A stretch of DNA of 64,000 nt. It comes from Candidatus Atelocyanobacterium thalassae. GTDB taxonomy: Bacteria > Cyanobacteriota > Cyanobacteriia > Cyanobacteriales > Microcystaceae. The first letter of the stretch is position 1; every line of letters begins with the position of its first letter. This document shows positions 11,253 to 21,999 of this stretch, in pieces. The translations under genes were made by a program, and so were the position numbers. The notes below the pieces were generated by a model. That model made no database searches, was not told the DNA's origin, and saw nothing but the letters and a program-made list of their open reading frames with translations. The DNA lies in contig JBFPLN010000003.1 in the NCBI GenBank assembly GCA_051971635.1, positions 416,001-480,000 on the forward strand. The letters are read 5' to 3'.

Positions 11253-12065
11253 TTAACCAAAATGTCCGCTTACATAATTTTTAGTGTCTAACTTAGTCGG
11301 ATTTTCAAAAATTATTTTTGTATTATTATATTCTGCTAAAAATCCTACTTTTCTTCCCTTTTTATCGGTTTCTGCATTAAAGAATGCTGTGTAGTCAGCT
11401 ATTCTTTTTGCTTGTTGCATATTATGAGTTACCAGAATAACGGTATAGTTCTGCCTTAAGTCATTTATTAGTTCTTCTATTTTTAAAACTGATATTGGAT
11501 CTAAAGCTGAACAAGGTTCATCCATAAGAATAACTTCTGGCTTAGCAGCTATTGTACGGGCTATACATAATCTCTGTTGTTGTCCTCCAGATAGAGAGAA
11601 GCCACTTTCTCCTAATTTGTCTTTTACTTCATCCCAAAGAACTACTTTTTTTAAAGAGCTTTCTACCAATTCATCCAAATCTCCCTCGAATCCGTTAATT
11701 CTAGCTCCATAAGCTACGTTATTGTAGATAGTTTTTGGGAAAGGATTCGGTTTTTGAAACACAATACCAATACGTTTTCTTACTTCAATAGGATCAATAT
11801 TAGAAGCATACAAATCTTGCTTATAATATGTGATCTTGCCTTTGAGATAAAAGGAATCAACTAAATCATTAAGTCTATTCAAAGATCTTAATATTGTACT
11901 CTTTCCACATCCAGAAGGTCCGATTAAGGCGGTAACTCTATTCTTAGGAATTGTAAAAGTAACATCACGGATAGCTTTATGTTTACCGTAATAGACATTA
12001 ACAGAATTTAAAGTAAAAATTGTTTCTAGGTTTTCTAAAGATTGACAATTTTGCATATATTCCAT
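11253..12065 (-). CDS. pstB: phosphate ABC transporter ATPase (copy 1)
   Basis: [40 protein letters not shown]. Confidence 0.96.
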   Translation of the reverse strand: MEYMQNCQSLENLETIFTLNSVNVYYGKHKAIRDVTFTIPKNRVTALIGPSGCGKSTILRSLNRLNDLVDSFYLKGKITYYKQDLYASNIDPIEVRKRIGIVFQKPNPFPKTIYNNVAYGARINGFEGDLDELVESSLKKVVLWDEVKDKLGESGFSLSGGQQQRLCIARTIAAKPEVILMDEPCSALDPISVLKIEELINDLRQNYTVILVTHNMQQAKRIADYTAFFNAETDKKGRKVGFLAEYNNTKIIFENPTKLDTKNYVSGHFG

Positions 12066-12086
12066 ATTACATTGTATTTATCTAAG

Positions 12087-12968
12087 TTAATGAATTTTTT
12101 GGCGAGCAGCTAGACGAGATGCAACACTTGTTATTAATACCAAGAAAACTAAAATCAAAGAAGCAGACCAAGCAAGTTGTTTTTGGGGTGCAAAAGGCAC
12201 AACCGAAAAGTTATAAATCAATACTGAAAGAGTAGCGATTGGTTCTAAAAGTCCCTCGGGAGGGTTACTAGCCCAAAAATTTGAATACAGTGCTGTAAAA
12301 AGTAAAGGAGCTGTTTCTCCTGCTGCACGAGCGACTGCTAAGGTTATTCCTGTTACTATAGTGGGAGCTGCTGCTGGTAAGACTACCCCTAATACTGCCT
12401 GATAATTGTATGCTCCAATCCCTAAAGCTGCCCAGCGTAGATCTTGTGGAACAATTTGCAAAGCCTCATCAGTCGTTTTTGTAATAGTAGGTAACATTAG
12501 TACAGAAAGAGCAGTTCCCCCAGCGATAGAAGAAAATCCTATAATTTTTGTTGCTATCAATAGTCCATATATAAATACTCCAATAAGTATAGAAGGAACT
12601 CCGCTTAGAACACTAGCGGCAAACCTAACCCAGTAAGCAATTTTATTATCACCACTAAATTCTGCAAGATAAATGGCTGCAAGAATTCCTATGGGGATCG
12701 CAATTAAAGAACCAATACCGACAGTTAACAAAGTACCAACAATTGCATGAGCAACCCCACCTTCTGAATATCCAGGAGGTGGCGAAAGTTGAGTGAAAAG
12801 TGGGTAGTCAATCCTACGAACACCACTGTATCCTACAAAGAATAATACTGCAAATAATGGGATAAGAGTGCATAACATACATAAAGAAGCAACACCAGTC
12901 CAAAAGCTGTCAGATAATGAACGAGTATTTATAAGCTTTCTTGTAAGACTTAATTCTTTATCTTCCAT
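12087..12968 (-). CDS. pstA: phosphate ABC transporter permease
   Basis: LSGVPSI, ARAAGETAPLLFTA; operon context. Confidence 0.95.
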   Translation of the reverse strand: MEDKELSLTRKLINTRSLSDSFWTGVASLCMLCTLIPLFAVLFFVGYSGVRRIDYPLFTQLSPPPGYSEGGVAHAIVGTLLTVGIGSLIAIPIGILAAIYLAEFSGDNKIAYWVRFAASVLSGVPSILIGVFIYGLLIATKIIGFSSIAGGTALSVLMLPTITKTTDEALQIVPQDLRWAALGIGAYNYQAVLGVVLPAAAPTIVTGITLAVARAAGETAPLLFTALYSNFWASNPPEGLLEPIATLSVLIYNFSVVPFAPQKQLAWSASLILVFLVLITSVASRLAARQKIH

Positions 12969-13251
12969 AGTTAAATAATGTTTAGTAATGGTTCATAAAC
13001 TCTTAAACAGAACAGGAAGTTTATGCAAGTGAGGAAAAAGAGACTTTTTTAGAATAATTATTCTAATAAATAATCCCATTCTGAAAGTTAGTTCAAATTG
13101 GACAGTAAGCTAGAGTAAAGAGATCTTTCTAGAGAAGAGATCTCATAAATTATTATCTCATAAACTATTAGCTAACAAGTGATCATAAATTTAGTTTAAA
13201 AAATTATTTAAGATTGTTTTATTACTTAGTCTCTGCTCTTTTAAGAGTTAA

Positions 13252-14211
13252 TTATTTAACACGAGCTTTATCAACAACAAAGCCAGCAACTATGTTTACA
13301 ATAAATGTTAAAAATAATAATACCAAACCTGCATACATTAATGCTGAGACTTGCATTCCTGAAGCTTCAGCAAATTGACTAGCAATAAGAGAAGAGATAG
13401 TATTAGCAGGTTCTAAAACAGATACACTAATTTTATTAACATTACCAATAATCATAGTAACAGCCATAGTTTCTCCCATCGCCCTACCTAAAGCTAGCAT
13501 AATACCTCCGGCAATGCTAGGGAAAGCAGCAGGAAGAAGAACACGGAAAAGTGTCTCCCAACGAGTTGCGCCTAAACCTAAAGAAGCTTGCTTCAAATCA
13601 ACAGGAAGAGAATCTAGAGATTCTCTAGAAATGGCGGTAATAATAGGCACAATCATAATGGCTAAAATAATACCTGATGCAAGAAGACCTGTACCACCTA
13701 TTGGAGGTCTACTGAAGATTGGTATCCAATAAAAAGTATTATACAGCCATTCAGCAAGGGGATGCACTACAGGCGTTAAGACGAAGATACCCCAAAGGCC
13801 GTAAACAACACTAGGAATAGCTGCAAGTAATTCTACGAGAAAGACTAATGGGATTCTGATCTGAGTAGGAATAAAATCCTTCCCCAAAAAAATAGCTGTT
13901 CCAACACCTAAAGGAGCGGCAAAAAGTAACCCAATAAAAGAGCTGGCGATAGTACCATAAACAACAGGTAACGCACCATAATTTTCACGCCCAATAACCG
14001 GATTCCAAGACGTACTGAGGATAAAACCAACCCCATATTCTAAAATAGCTGGCCATGCACGCCAAATGATAACACCAAAGATGGCAACTAATATTGAGCT
14101 AATTCCCATAGCAAGTCCTAGAGTTAGTAGCTCAAACCACCTATCAATGGTTTTCTCGAATGTAAAACGAGATCCTAATCCTGTTTGTCGTCTAGAAAAT
14201 AATCGGGTCAC
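13252..14211 (-). CDS. pstC: phosphate ABC transporter permease
   Basis: VELLAAIPSVVYGLWG, LGRAMGETMAV; GTG start. Confidence 0.95.
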   Translation of the reverse strand: MTRLFSRRQTGLGSRFTFEKTIDRWFELLTLGLAMGISSILVAIFGVIIWRAWPAILEYGVGFILSTSWNPVIGRENYGALPVVYGTIASSFIGLLFAAPLGVGTAIFLGKDFIPTQIRIPLVFLVELLAAIPSVVYGLWGIFVLTPVVHPLAEWLYNTFYWIPIFSRPPIGGTGLLASGIILAIMIVPIITAISRESLDSLPVDLKQASLGLGATRWETLFRVLLPAAFPSIAGGIMLALGRAMGETMAVTMIIGNVNKISVSVLEPANTISSLIASQFAEASGMQVSALMYAGLVLLFLTFIVNIVAGFVVDKARVK

Positions 14212-14331
14212 AATAAACCTAGTAATTTTTGTGCTTTAAAAAACAACAATGAAAAAAGAAGAGAACTGAAATCCAGAATTTTATGGTAGAAAATATTCAT
14301 CAATCAGGCAATTAAAGCTAGGACTCTCAGA

Positions 14332-15489
14332 TTATTGCTTAGTCTGATCAAACTCAGTAAGATTAATATCATAGTCAGGACTAATTGTATCAGCTACTAA
14401 TGCCACTTTCTCTCTAACGCTAAGTGGTAAAGTGATATAGCCTAGAGCTTTACTTTGATTCTGCCCTTCAGTTAAAGCGTACTCTATCATGGTCTCCATT
14501 GCAATTGCTTTTTTAGGTTCATCGTAGCTTTTATAGGCTAGGATCCAGGTATAAGTAACGATAGGATAAGAATCTTTTCCTTGAGGGTCTGTAATAAAGG
14601 CACGTAGATTATCTGGCAGTTCGACTGCTTCAAGAGTCTTAGAGGCAGTTTCACTATTAGCTTCAATGTAATTACCTGAAGCATTTTCCAGAAGAGCAGT
14701 AGGCAGTTGACTATTTTTAGCATAGCCATACTCAATATAACCAATTGCTCCTTTATTCTGTTGAATAAGAGCAGTTACTCCGGCATTCCTTTTTCCTCCA
14801 ATAAATTTTCCTTTAGTAATTGGCCATTCAACACTTCTACCTTGACCGATATCAGTCTCCCATTGTTGGCTAATAGTGCTGAGATGCTTTGTAAATACTC
14901 CTGTAGTACCACTGCCATCAGAGCGGTGGACAACAGTTATAGGTAAATTAGGTAGTTGTTGATTTGGATTTAATTCGGAAATCTTCGGATCATCCCAGTA
15001 AGTGATTCTCCCACTAAAAATATCGACATAAGCTTCTCTTGAGAGTTTTAGTTCAGTAATACCAGGCACATTATAAGCAATTACGATACTGCCAGCAGTT
15101 ATAGGAAGCATGTGAACTCCTTTATCTACTCTACTAATCTCTGCATCTTCCATCGCTACATCACTAGCTCCAAAATCTACTATTCCCATAGTAAATTGTC
15201 TTACACCAGTTCCGCTACCCATAGACTGGTAATCAATTTGTAAGTTAGGTATGGACTGGTGAATTTGTGCAAACCAATTTTGATATAAAGGAGCTGGAAA
15301 TGATCCACCTGTTCCAATTAGGGAAACATTTTCTTCTATTGGAAATTTTGCTGCTATATCTATTTGAGGGTTGGAGTCACTTGTTTGAATATTAGAAGGA
15401 TTGCCGCCACAGGCTTCTAGAGTTGCAACCAAAGTTATAATCGATAGTGAGGTTACTGTCTGTTTAATTGATTTCACAGTTTTAAACAT
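14332..15489 (-). CDS. pstS: phosphate-binding lipoprotein
   Basis: signal peptide ending LEAC-GG, GSFPAPLY, GSGTG, DFGASD, HRSDGSGTT, YPIVTYTW. Confidence 0.96.
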   Translation of the reverse strand: MFKTVKSIKQTVTSLSIITLVATLEACGGNPSNIQTSDSNPQIDIAAKFPIEENVSLIGTGGSFPAPLYQNWFAQIHQSIPNLQIDYQSMGSGTGVRQFTMGIVDFGASDVAMEDAEISRVDKGVHMLPITAGSIVIAYNVPGITELKLSREAYVDIFSGRITYWDDPKISELNPNQQLPNLPITVVHRSDGSGTTGVFTKHLSTISQQWETDIGQGRSVEWPITKGKFIGGKRNAGVTALIQQNKGAIGYIEYGYAKNSQLPTALLENASGNYIEANSETASKTLEAVELPDNLRAFITDPQGKDSYPIVTYTWILAYKSYDEPKKAIAMETMIEYALTEGQNQSKALGYITLPLSVREKVALVADTISPDYDINLTEFDQTKQ

Positions 15490-15897
15490 AAGAAGTTAAT
15501 TAATTAAATAATCTAAACAAATATTAGAGCAGAATTGAACATCTACGACAGATATTTTGTTAAAAATTGAAAATAAAATAATATCGGGTAAAACATTAAT
15601 AATCAATGTATAAAGTAAGATCAAGAACTATCTTACTCGATTAAATAATGAATTTCAAAAAACTTATTTTAATTAAAACAAGTTTTTTAGCAATAAAGAA
15701 AGCCTCAGTCTTAAGTATTTTTATAATTTTGTTAGTTTTACATAATTATCTCAAGAAAATTAAAAAATATTGAAATCATTTCTTCTCAATAAAACAGCAT
15801 TGTTTATGTTCTAATTTTACAACTGTTGTTTAGAGTAATTAGCTTAGGTAAATAGTACTAATATCGTACTTTTCTACAGAACTATCTTTTGAGACCT

Positions 15898-15967
15898 TCA
15901 ATTATTCTATTTTCTACTAATATTTTTTGTGAGATAAAAAAGTATTAGTAGAAAATAGAATGATTGA
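15898..15967. repeat. long inverted repeat (31-bp stem, 8-nt loop)
   Basis: 29 Watson-Crick and 2 U-G pairs on the + strand, checked base by base. Confidence 0.9.
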
Positions 15968-16191
15968 CTTATATTTTGAGTTTTCCATAAGATATTTATA
16001 CAATGAAAATTGTACAATATTATTCAACTATACGATTACCTACATATGATAAACAAATAATAGTATAATAGGCGATGTTTTTGATAATCTTTTCAAGTAA
16101 AATTTTAGGAAAATGATAAGTTATGGCAATATAGCAATATAAATAAATATCTTTGATAATATTTATTCCCATATCTTAATCCTAGCTTCAA

Positions 16192-16989
16192 ATGATGAAT
16201 GACAAATCAAACACAGACTGGCAATGGAAGGTCTTGAAAAGCTTGCCTTATCTAACTTGTAGGCTTTTGGACAAATGGCCTCATGGCTTTTTTACCCGAT
16301 CTTTTTATCCTCTATTACCTGAAGAGATAGGAAGAAACCTTTATTTGGACATAACAAACTATCGACTGAAACAGGTACATAGCAACCTTATCTTATCATC
16401 TGATGAAATAAATAAATTTTCTTTAAATGGTGGCTTACTTTTAGGAGATGGAATTATTTCTAACAAGAAAAAACAAGCTCTTTGGGTAGCTAGTGCAGAC
16501 TGTGTACCTATTCTTATAGGAGATCGTAAAACAGGTTTTATTGCTGCAGTTCATGCCGGTTGGAAAGGAACTGCACAACGAATTGCACCAGAAGCAGTCG
16601 TTCGGTTACAAAATTTGGGAAGCTCTATAGAAGATTTATATGTTGCAATGGGACCGGCTATTAGTGGACATGTATATCAAGTTTCTAGAGCGGTTGCTAC
16701 AAAAATATTAACTAGTTTATTCAATCATAAAAAAAATTATGACTTAGAGAACATGTTAGATTCTTTAAGTAATACTTCTAGTATTCCTATTTTTTTTAAC
16801 CATATAAAAAATAAACTATGTATAAGTATTACTCAAGTTAATCAGCTTCAACTAGAGCAAATAGGTGTTGAGAAAGACAAAATATCCATTGCTCCTTATT
16901 GTACATATCAATCTTCTTCTAGTTTTTTTTCTTATAGACGTACTAATGCTAAACAAATTCAATGGGCAGGTATTATTTCAGGTGAATAA
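16192..16989 (+). CDS. pgeF: peptidoglycan editing factor / YfiH laccase-domain protein
   Basis: LKQVHS, SADCVPIL, AVHAGWKG, MGPAISG, FFSYRR. Confidence 0.92.
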   Translation: MMNDKSNTDWQWKVLKSLPYLTCRLLDKWPHGFFTRSFYPLLPEEIGRNLYLDITNYRLKQVHSNLILSSDEINKFSLNGGLLLGDGIISNKKKQALWVASADCVPILIGDRKTGFIAAVHAGWKGTAQRIAPEAVVRLQNLGSSIEDLYVAMGPAISGHVYQVSRAVATKILTSLFNHKKNYDLENMLDSLSNTSSIPIFFNHIKNKLCISITQVNQLQLEQIGVEKDKISIAPYCTYQSSSSFFSYRRTNAKQIQWAGIISGE

Positions 16990-17557
16990 CTTTTTTAAAT
17001 GATTTCATTTATCAATTATTACAATACTATTCTTTCTTTCAGATTTTATAAGAAATTGTCTTAAATATAGAGTGAATGACAATAACAAATTATTTTTAAA
17101 ATTTTTATTTTTTATAAAAATAATTTTTGCTTGACATAGTTTTATTTTTTAAGATTAACAATTAATCAGGATTATTGTTTTGATTATTTTAAGAGGATAT
17201 TAGTTTTAGGTATAATCCGCACTACATAAAATTTAAAATAATAATTTGTACACTAATTTTTTTATCTTTTAGTATTTATTTTCAACAGATTATTTTAAAA
17301 GTTGATAAGTTATGACTAGTTATATTTGTGATGATTAGAAAATTCTATATTTCTAATATCTAAGCTATATTACTTTTTATGAGTCTTATCAAGTATTTAT
17401 CTCGAGTAACTTTTACCCAATTAGTCAATGACAAATAAAATAAAAAAGAACTACTTAGAGTGTCTTCGTATGTCTGAAAAGACTTGTTCGCAAAAATCTT
17501 GAATGACTGTACACCTTTTAATTATACTTAGTTATTGAGGTATTTAAAGAAGAATTT

Positions 17558-19249
17558 ATGACCGAATCAACCCCTGCCTCGAATGTCTCTAATACTTTAA
17601 TTGGACGTCTTCCTTCAAAAGGGTGGATAGTAGTAGTCATAATGATTGCTGCTCTAATCTCAACTCCTATATTATTTGTATTCAGTAGTGTTTTTACTGA
17701 TGCAGGAGCTATTTGGCAGCATTTAGCTGATACGGTTTTAACCGACTACATACTAAATTCTTTATGTTTAATGCTAGGCGTAGGAATTGGAGTGTTAATT
17801 ATTGGGGTTACAACTGCATGGCTTGTCAGTCTTTGTTATTTTTCGGGGTGTGATTGGTTTGAATGGCTTTTATTGATGCCTTTGTCTGCGCCAGCCTATC
17901 TATTGGCTTATACTTATACCGACATGTTGGATTATTATGGTCCCGTACAAATAGCTCTTAGAAATTGGTTTGGATGGCAAGATTTTAATGATTACTGGTT
18001 CCCAAATATTCGTTCACTATGGGGAGCAGTTGTTATGTTAATTTTGGTGCTCTACCCTTATGTTTATCTATTAGCAAGAACTGCTTTTTTAGAACAGTCT
18101 ATTTGTACACTAGAAGCTAGTCGTTCTCTAGGTTGTAGCCCATGGCAAAGTTTTTTAAAGGTTACTCTTCCTTTAGCTCGTCCAGCTATTATAGCAGGAT
18201 TAGCTTTGTCCTTAATGGAAACATTGAATGATTTTGGGACTGTTCAATATTTTGGAATCAACACTTTTACGACAGGTATCTTTAGTATTTGGTTTGATTT
18301 TGGAGAGAGGCAAGCAGCTGGCCAATTAGCTGCCTGTCTGATGTTGTTCATTTTTTGTTTAATTATTTTAGAATTATGGTCTCGTCGAAAGATCCGCTAC
18401 TATCAAAATAGTAGTGCTCGTATAAGATTACCTCGCTACCAGTTAAAATCGTGGCGAGGCTTGGTTGCTTGGCTAGTTTGTTTCTTGCCTTTTTTAGGTG
18501 GATTTCTCATACCTGCTATTTATTTAACTAAATTAGTTATTGCTAATTTTACCACTGCTTTTGCCAATAATTTTTGGGGTTTAGCTAGTCATAGCTTAAC
18601 TGTTGCCTTCATAAGCTCAATCCTTTCTGCTACTTTAGCGCTAGTCATGGCTTATGGACAACGTTCAGAAAATAACCTTCTTACAAATATATCTATTAAA
18701 GTTGCTGCTCTCGGATATGCTATTCCAGGATCAGTTATTGCAGTAGGGATATTAATTCCTTTAGGACGTTTGGATAATATGATCACCAACTTTATTGGAC
18801 AAATTTTTGAGATCAAAATCGGTTTGTTAATTAGCGGTACAATAATAGCCTTGATTTATTCTTATCTAGTGAGATTTCTGGCCGTTGCCTTTGGGTCAGT
18901 TGATTCGAGTCTGGGAAAAATAAAACCTAGTCTAGACGATGCTGCGAGAAGCTTAGGATCTACACCTAGAAAAATTTTAATTAAGATTCATACACCTTTG
19001 ATGACTGGTGGGATACTTACAGCAATTATGCTAGTTTTTGTAGATGTGATGAAAGAGCTTCCTGCTACCCTGGTCATTCGTCCTTTTAACTTTGATACCT
19101 TAGCAATTAGAGTTTATCAATATGCTTCAGACGAACGGCTGTCAGAAGCTGCTGCACCGGCATTGGCTATTGTTTTAGTTGGCTTAATTCCTGTTATTTT
19201 CCTTAGTTGGCAAATTACCAGATCACGACGTCATCAAGATTCTTTTTAG
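17558..19249 (+). CDS. futB: Fe(III) ABC transporter permease (FutB/FbpB family)
   Basis: two EAA-type modules (LEASRSLG, LDDAARSLG), METLNDFG, MKELPATL.RPFNFDTLA. Confidence 0.92.
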   Translation: MTESTPASNVSNTLIGRLPSKGWIVVVIMIAALISTPILFVFSSVFTDAGAIWQHLADTVLTDYILNSLCLMLGVGIGVLIIGVTTAWLVSLCYFSGCDWFEWLLLMPLSAPAYLLAYTYTDMLDYYGPVQIALRNWFGWQDFNDYWFPNIRSLWGAVVMLILVLYPYVYLLARTAFLEQSICTLEASRSLGCSPWQSFLKVTLPLARPAIIAGLALSLMETLNDFGTVQYFGINTFTTGIFSIWFDFGERQAAGQLAACLMLFIFCLIILELWSRRKIRYYQNSSARIRLPRYQLKSWRGLVAWLVCFLPFLGGFLIPAIYLTKLVIANFTTAFANNFWGLASHSLTVAFISSILSATLALVMAYGQRSENNLLTNISIKVAALGYAIPGSVIAVGILIPLGRLDNMITNFIGQIFEIKIGLLISGTIIALIYSYLVRFLAVAFGSVDSSLGKIKPSLDDAARSLGSTPRKILIKIHTPLMTGGILTAIMLVFVDVMKELPATLVIRPFNFDTLAIRVYQYASDERLSEAAAPALAIVLVGLIPVIFLSWQITRSRRHQDSF

Positions 19250-19716
19250 AATTTTTAATGATAGAAATTTTAATTATTATCTCATAATTAAAATTGTAGA
19301 AAGATGTTTTATTTCCAGCAAAGGAGTTGAAATTTGTTGAATAAATCGACTCTTATTAAGTAGATTAAATCAAGATTAGGCGATTTAATATATTTTACAG
19401 CTTATGAAATAACATAGTATTTTTTTAATTGCTAGACGAGATAGCCTAAAACGATCAATATTACTTTCTTAAGATGCTGTATTCTCTCTAATCTAATTCG
19501 GTCAAAGTAATCTACAATTAACTACGATCACTATAAAAAACACAGAGTAAATCATCTAGACTTTTCTAGAACCTATAAAATAAAAACTACTCAAAATTTA
19601 TATTATGAGAGGTTGGTTTTAGTGTGGACTAGTTATAAAGGCAACATTTATGTTCCCTCTGAGTATTACCTAATGGTAAAAATTACCTACTATCAAATCT
19701 AAAGCTAGAAATAAAT

Positions 19717-21804
19717 ATGACGAAAGACTTGACTTATTATCGTAACATTGGCATCTTTGCTCATGTAGACGCTGGAAAAACTACCACTACTGAAAGAATC
19801 CTAAAACTGACAGGTAAGATCCATAAAATTGGTGAAGTACACGAAGGTGCAGCAACTACTGATTTTATGGAACAAGAGCAAGAAAGAGGTATTACCATCC
19901 AATCTGCAGCTACTAGTTGCTTCTGGAGAGATCATCAATTAAATATTATCGATACGCCAGGTCACGTTGATTTTACTATCGAGGTTTACCGTTCTTTAAA
20001 AGTTTTAGATGGTGGTATTGGCGTTTTTTGTGGTTCAGGAGGTGTAGAGCCTCAGTCTGAAACAAACTGGCGTTATGCTAATGATTCTAAAGTTGCACGT
20101 ATTGTTTATATTAATAAGCTAGACAGAACTGGTGCTGATTTTTTCAGAGTTGTTAAACAAGTTGATGAAATATTAGCTGCCAAGCCTCTCGTAATGGTAT
20201 TACCTATTGGAATAGAAAATGATTTTCGTGGTGTAGTAGATCTACTTACTGAAAAATCATGGACTTGGGATGATTCTGGAGATCCTATGAAATATACAAT
20301 AGGGGATGTTCCTGAAGATATGAAAGAACAAGTAGCAGAATATCGAGAAACGTTAATCGAAACTGCTATAGAACAAGACGATAGCTTGATGGAAAAGTAT
20401 CTCGAAGGAGAAGAATTAACTATTGACGAAATTAAGTCTTGTGTTCGGAAAGGTACTCGTGATCTTGCTTTCTTTCCTGCTTATTGTGGTTCTTCCTTCA
20501 AAAATAAAGGAGTCCAATTAGTACTAGACGCTGTTATTGACTATCTCCCTAATCCTATGGAGGTAAAACCTCAACCAGAGGTAGATTTAGAAGGAAAAGA
20601 AACAGGAAACTATGCTGTTGTAGATCCTGAAAAACCTTTAAGAGCGTTGGCGTTTAAAATAATGGATGATCGCTTTGGATCACTAACTTTTACTCGTATT
20701 TATTCAGGAAAAGTTGCCAAAGGTGATACCGTACTAAATACTGCAACAGGAAAAACAGAAAGAATTAGTCGCTTAGTAGAAATGCATGCTGATTCTCGAG
20801 AAGAAGTAGAGTCTGCACAGGCAGGAGATATTATAGCTATTGTAGGTATGAAAAATGTTCAAACAGGTCATACTTTATGCGATCCCAAACTACCTGCGAC
20901 ATTAGAGCCTATGGTTTTCCCAGATCCTGTTATATCTGTTGCGGTTTCACCAAAGAAAAAGGGTGAAAATGAGAAAATGGCTTTAGCTATAAGTAAAATG
21001 GTTCAAGAAGATCCATCGTTTCATATGGAAACAGATAAGGAGAGTGGCGAAACCATAATTAAGGGTATGGGAGAGCTACATTTAGATATCAAGGTTGATA
21101 TTCTTAAACGTACTCACGGCATCGAAGTAGAAGTGGGTAAACCACAAGTAGCTTATCGTGAATCTATCACTAAAGTTATTAAGGATACTTATATTCATAA
21201 AAAACAATCTGGTGGTTCTGGTCAATTTGCTAAAATTGACTACAGTATTGAACCAGGAGAACCTGGTAGTGGTTTCCAATTTACTTCAAAAGTTACAGGA
21301 GGTAACGTCCCAAGAGAATTTTGGCCTGCAGTGCAAAAAGGTTTTGAATCTAGTGTGAAAAAAGGTGTTCTTGCTGGCTATCCTTGCGTAGATTTAACGG
21401 TAACTCTTTCAGATGGAGGATTTCATCCGGTTGATTCCTCGGCAATAGCTTTTGAGATTGCAGCTAGAGCTGCCTACCGTCAGACAGTTCCCAAGGCTGG
21501 ACCTCAATTATTAGAACCCATTATGAATGTAGATGTTTTTACTCCTGAAGATTATATGGGAGACGTCATAGGTGATATTAATCGCCGTCGTGGTATGATT
21601 AAATCTCAAAATTCTACACCCATGGGAGCACGAATTAAAGCAGACGTGCCTTTAAGTGAAATGTTTGGCTATATAGGTGATTTACGTACAATGACATCTG
21701 GACGTGGTCAGTTTTCCATGGAATTTGCCCACTATGCTCCAGCTCCAAGTAATGTAGCGGAAGAAGTAATTAAAGAAGTAAAAGAGCGTCAAGCGTCTTC
21801 TTAA
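19717..21804 (+). CDS. fusA: elongation factor G (stand-alone paralog outside the str operon)
   Basis: [29 protein letters not shown]; full five-domain length of 695 aa. Confidence 0.96.
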   Translation: MTKDLTYYRNIGIFAHVDAGKTTTTERILKLTGKIHKIGEVHEGAATTDFMEQEQERGITIQSAATSCFWRDHQLNIIDTPGHVDFTIEVYRSLKVLDGGIGVFCGSGGVEPQSETNWRYANDSKVARIVYINKLDRTGADFFRVVKQVDEILAAKPLVMVLPIGIENDFRGVVDLLTEKSWTWDDSGDPMKYTIGDVPEDMKEQVAEYRETLIETAIEQDDSLMEKYLEGEELTIDEIKSCVRKGTRDLAFFPAYCGSSFKNKGVQLVLDAVIDYLPNPMEVKPQPEVDLEGKETGNYAVVDPEKPLRALAFKIMDDRFGSLTFTRIYSGKVAKGDTVLNTATGKTERISRLVEMHADSREEVESAQAGDIIAIVGMKNVQTGHTLCDPKLPATLEPMVFPDPVISVAVSPKKKGENEKMALAISKMVQEDPSFHMETDKESGETIIKGMGELHLDIKVDILKRTHGIEVEVGKPQVAYRESITKVIKDTYIHKKQSGGSGQFAKIDYSIEPGEPGSGFQFTSKVTGGNVPREFWPAVQKGFESSVKKGVLAGYPCVDLTVTLSDGGFHPVDSSAIAFEIAARAAYRQTVPKAGPQLLEPIMNVDVFTPEDYMGDVIGDINRRRGMIKSQNSTPMGARIKADVPLSEMFGYIGDLRTMTSGRGQFSMEFAHYAPAPSNVAEEVIKEVKERQASS

Positions 21805-21861
21805 TTAAAAAAATTTTCTAATATGAATATATTTCCCAATTGAAAAATATTATTTATTAGT

Positions 21862-21929
21862 ACTTCAACATATATGATTTTCTTCTATTTGAATTAATTC
21901 AAATAGAAGAAAATCATACATGTTGAAGT
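21862..21929. terminator. 68-bp near-perfect palindrome between convergent fusA and the SpoIID gene
   Basis: 34-bp arms with no spacer and a single mismatch (21872/21919). Confidence 0.8.
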
Positions 21930-21999
21930 TGCTTTTATCTTAGTTAAATTTTATATAATTTATTTTTTTATGTAAAAATTATACAACTTACCACATTAG

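Noticed and set aside
15585..15615. Possible Pho (SphR) box upstream of pstS
   Set aside because: Only one of three 11-bp-phased units (ttttaccc) resembles PyTTAAPyPy(T/A), which is too weak in AT-rich DNA
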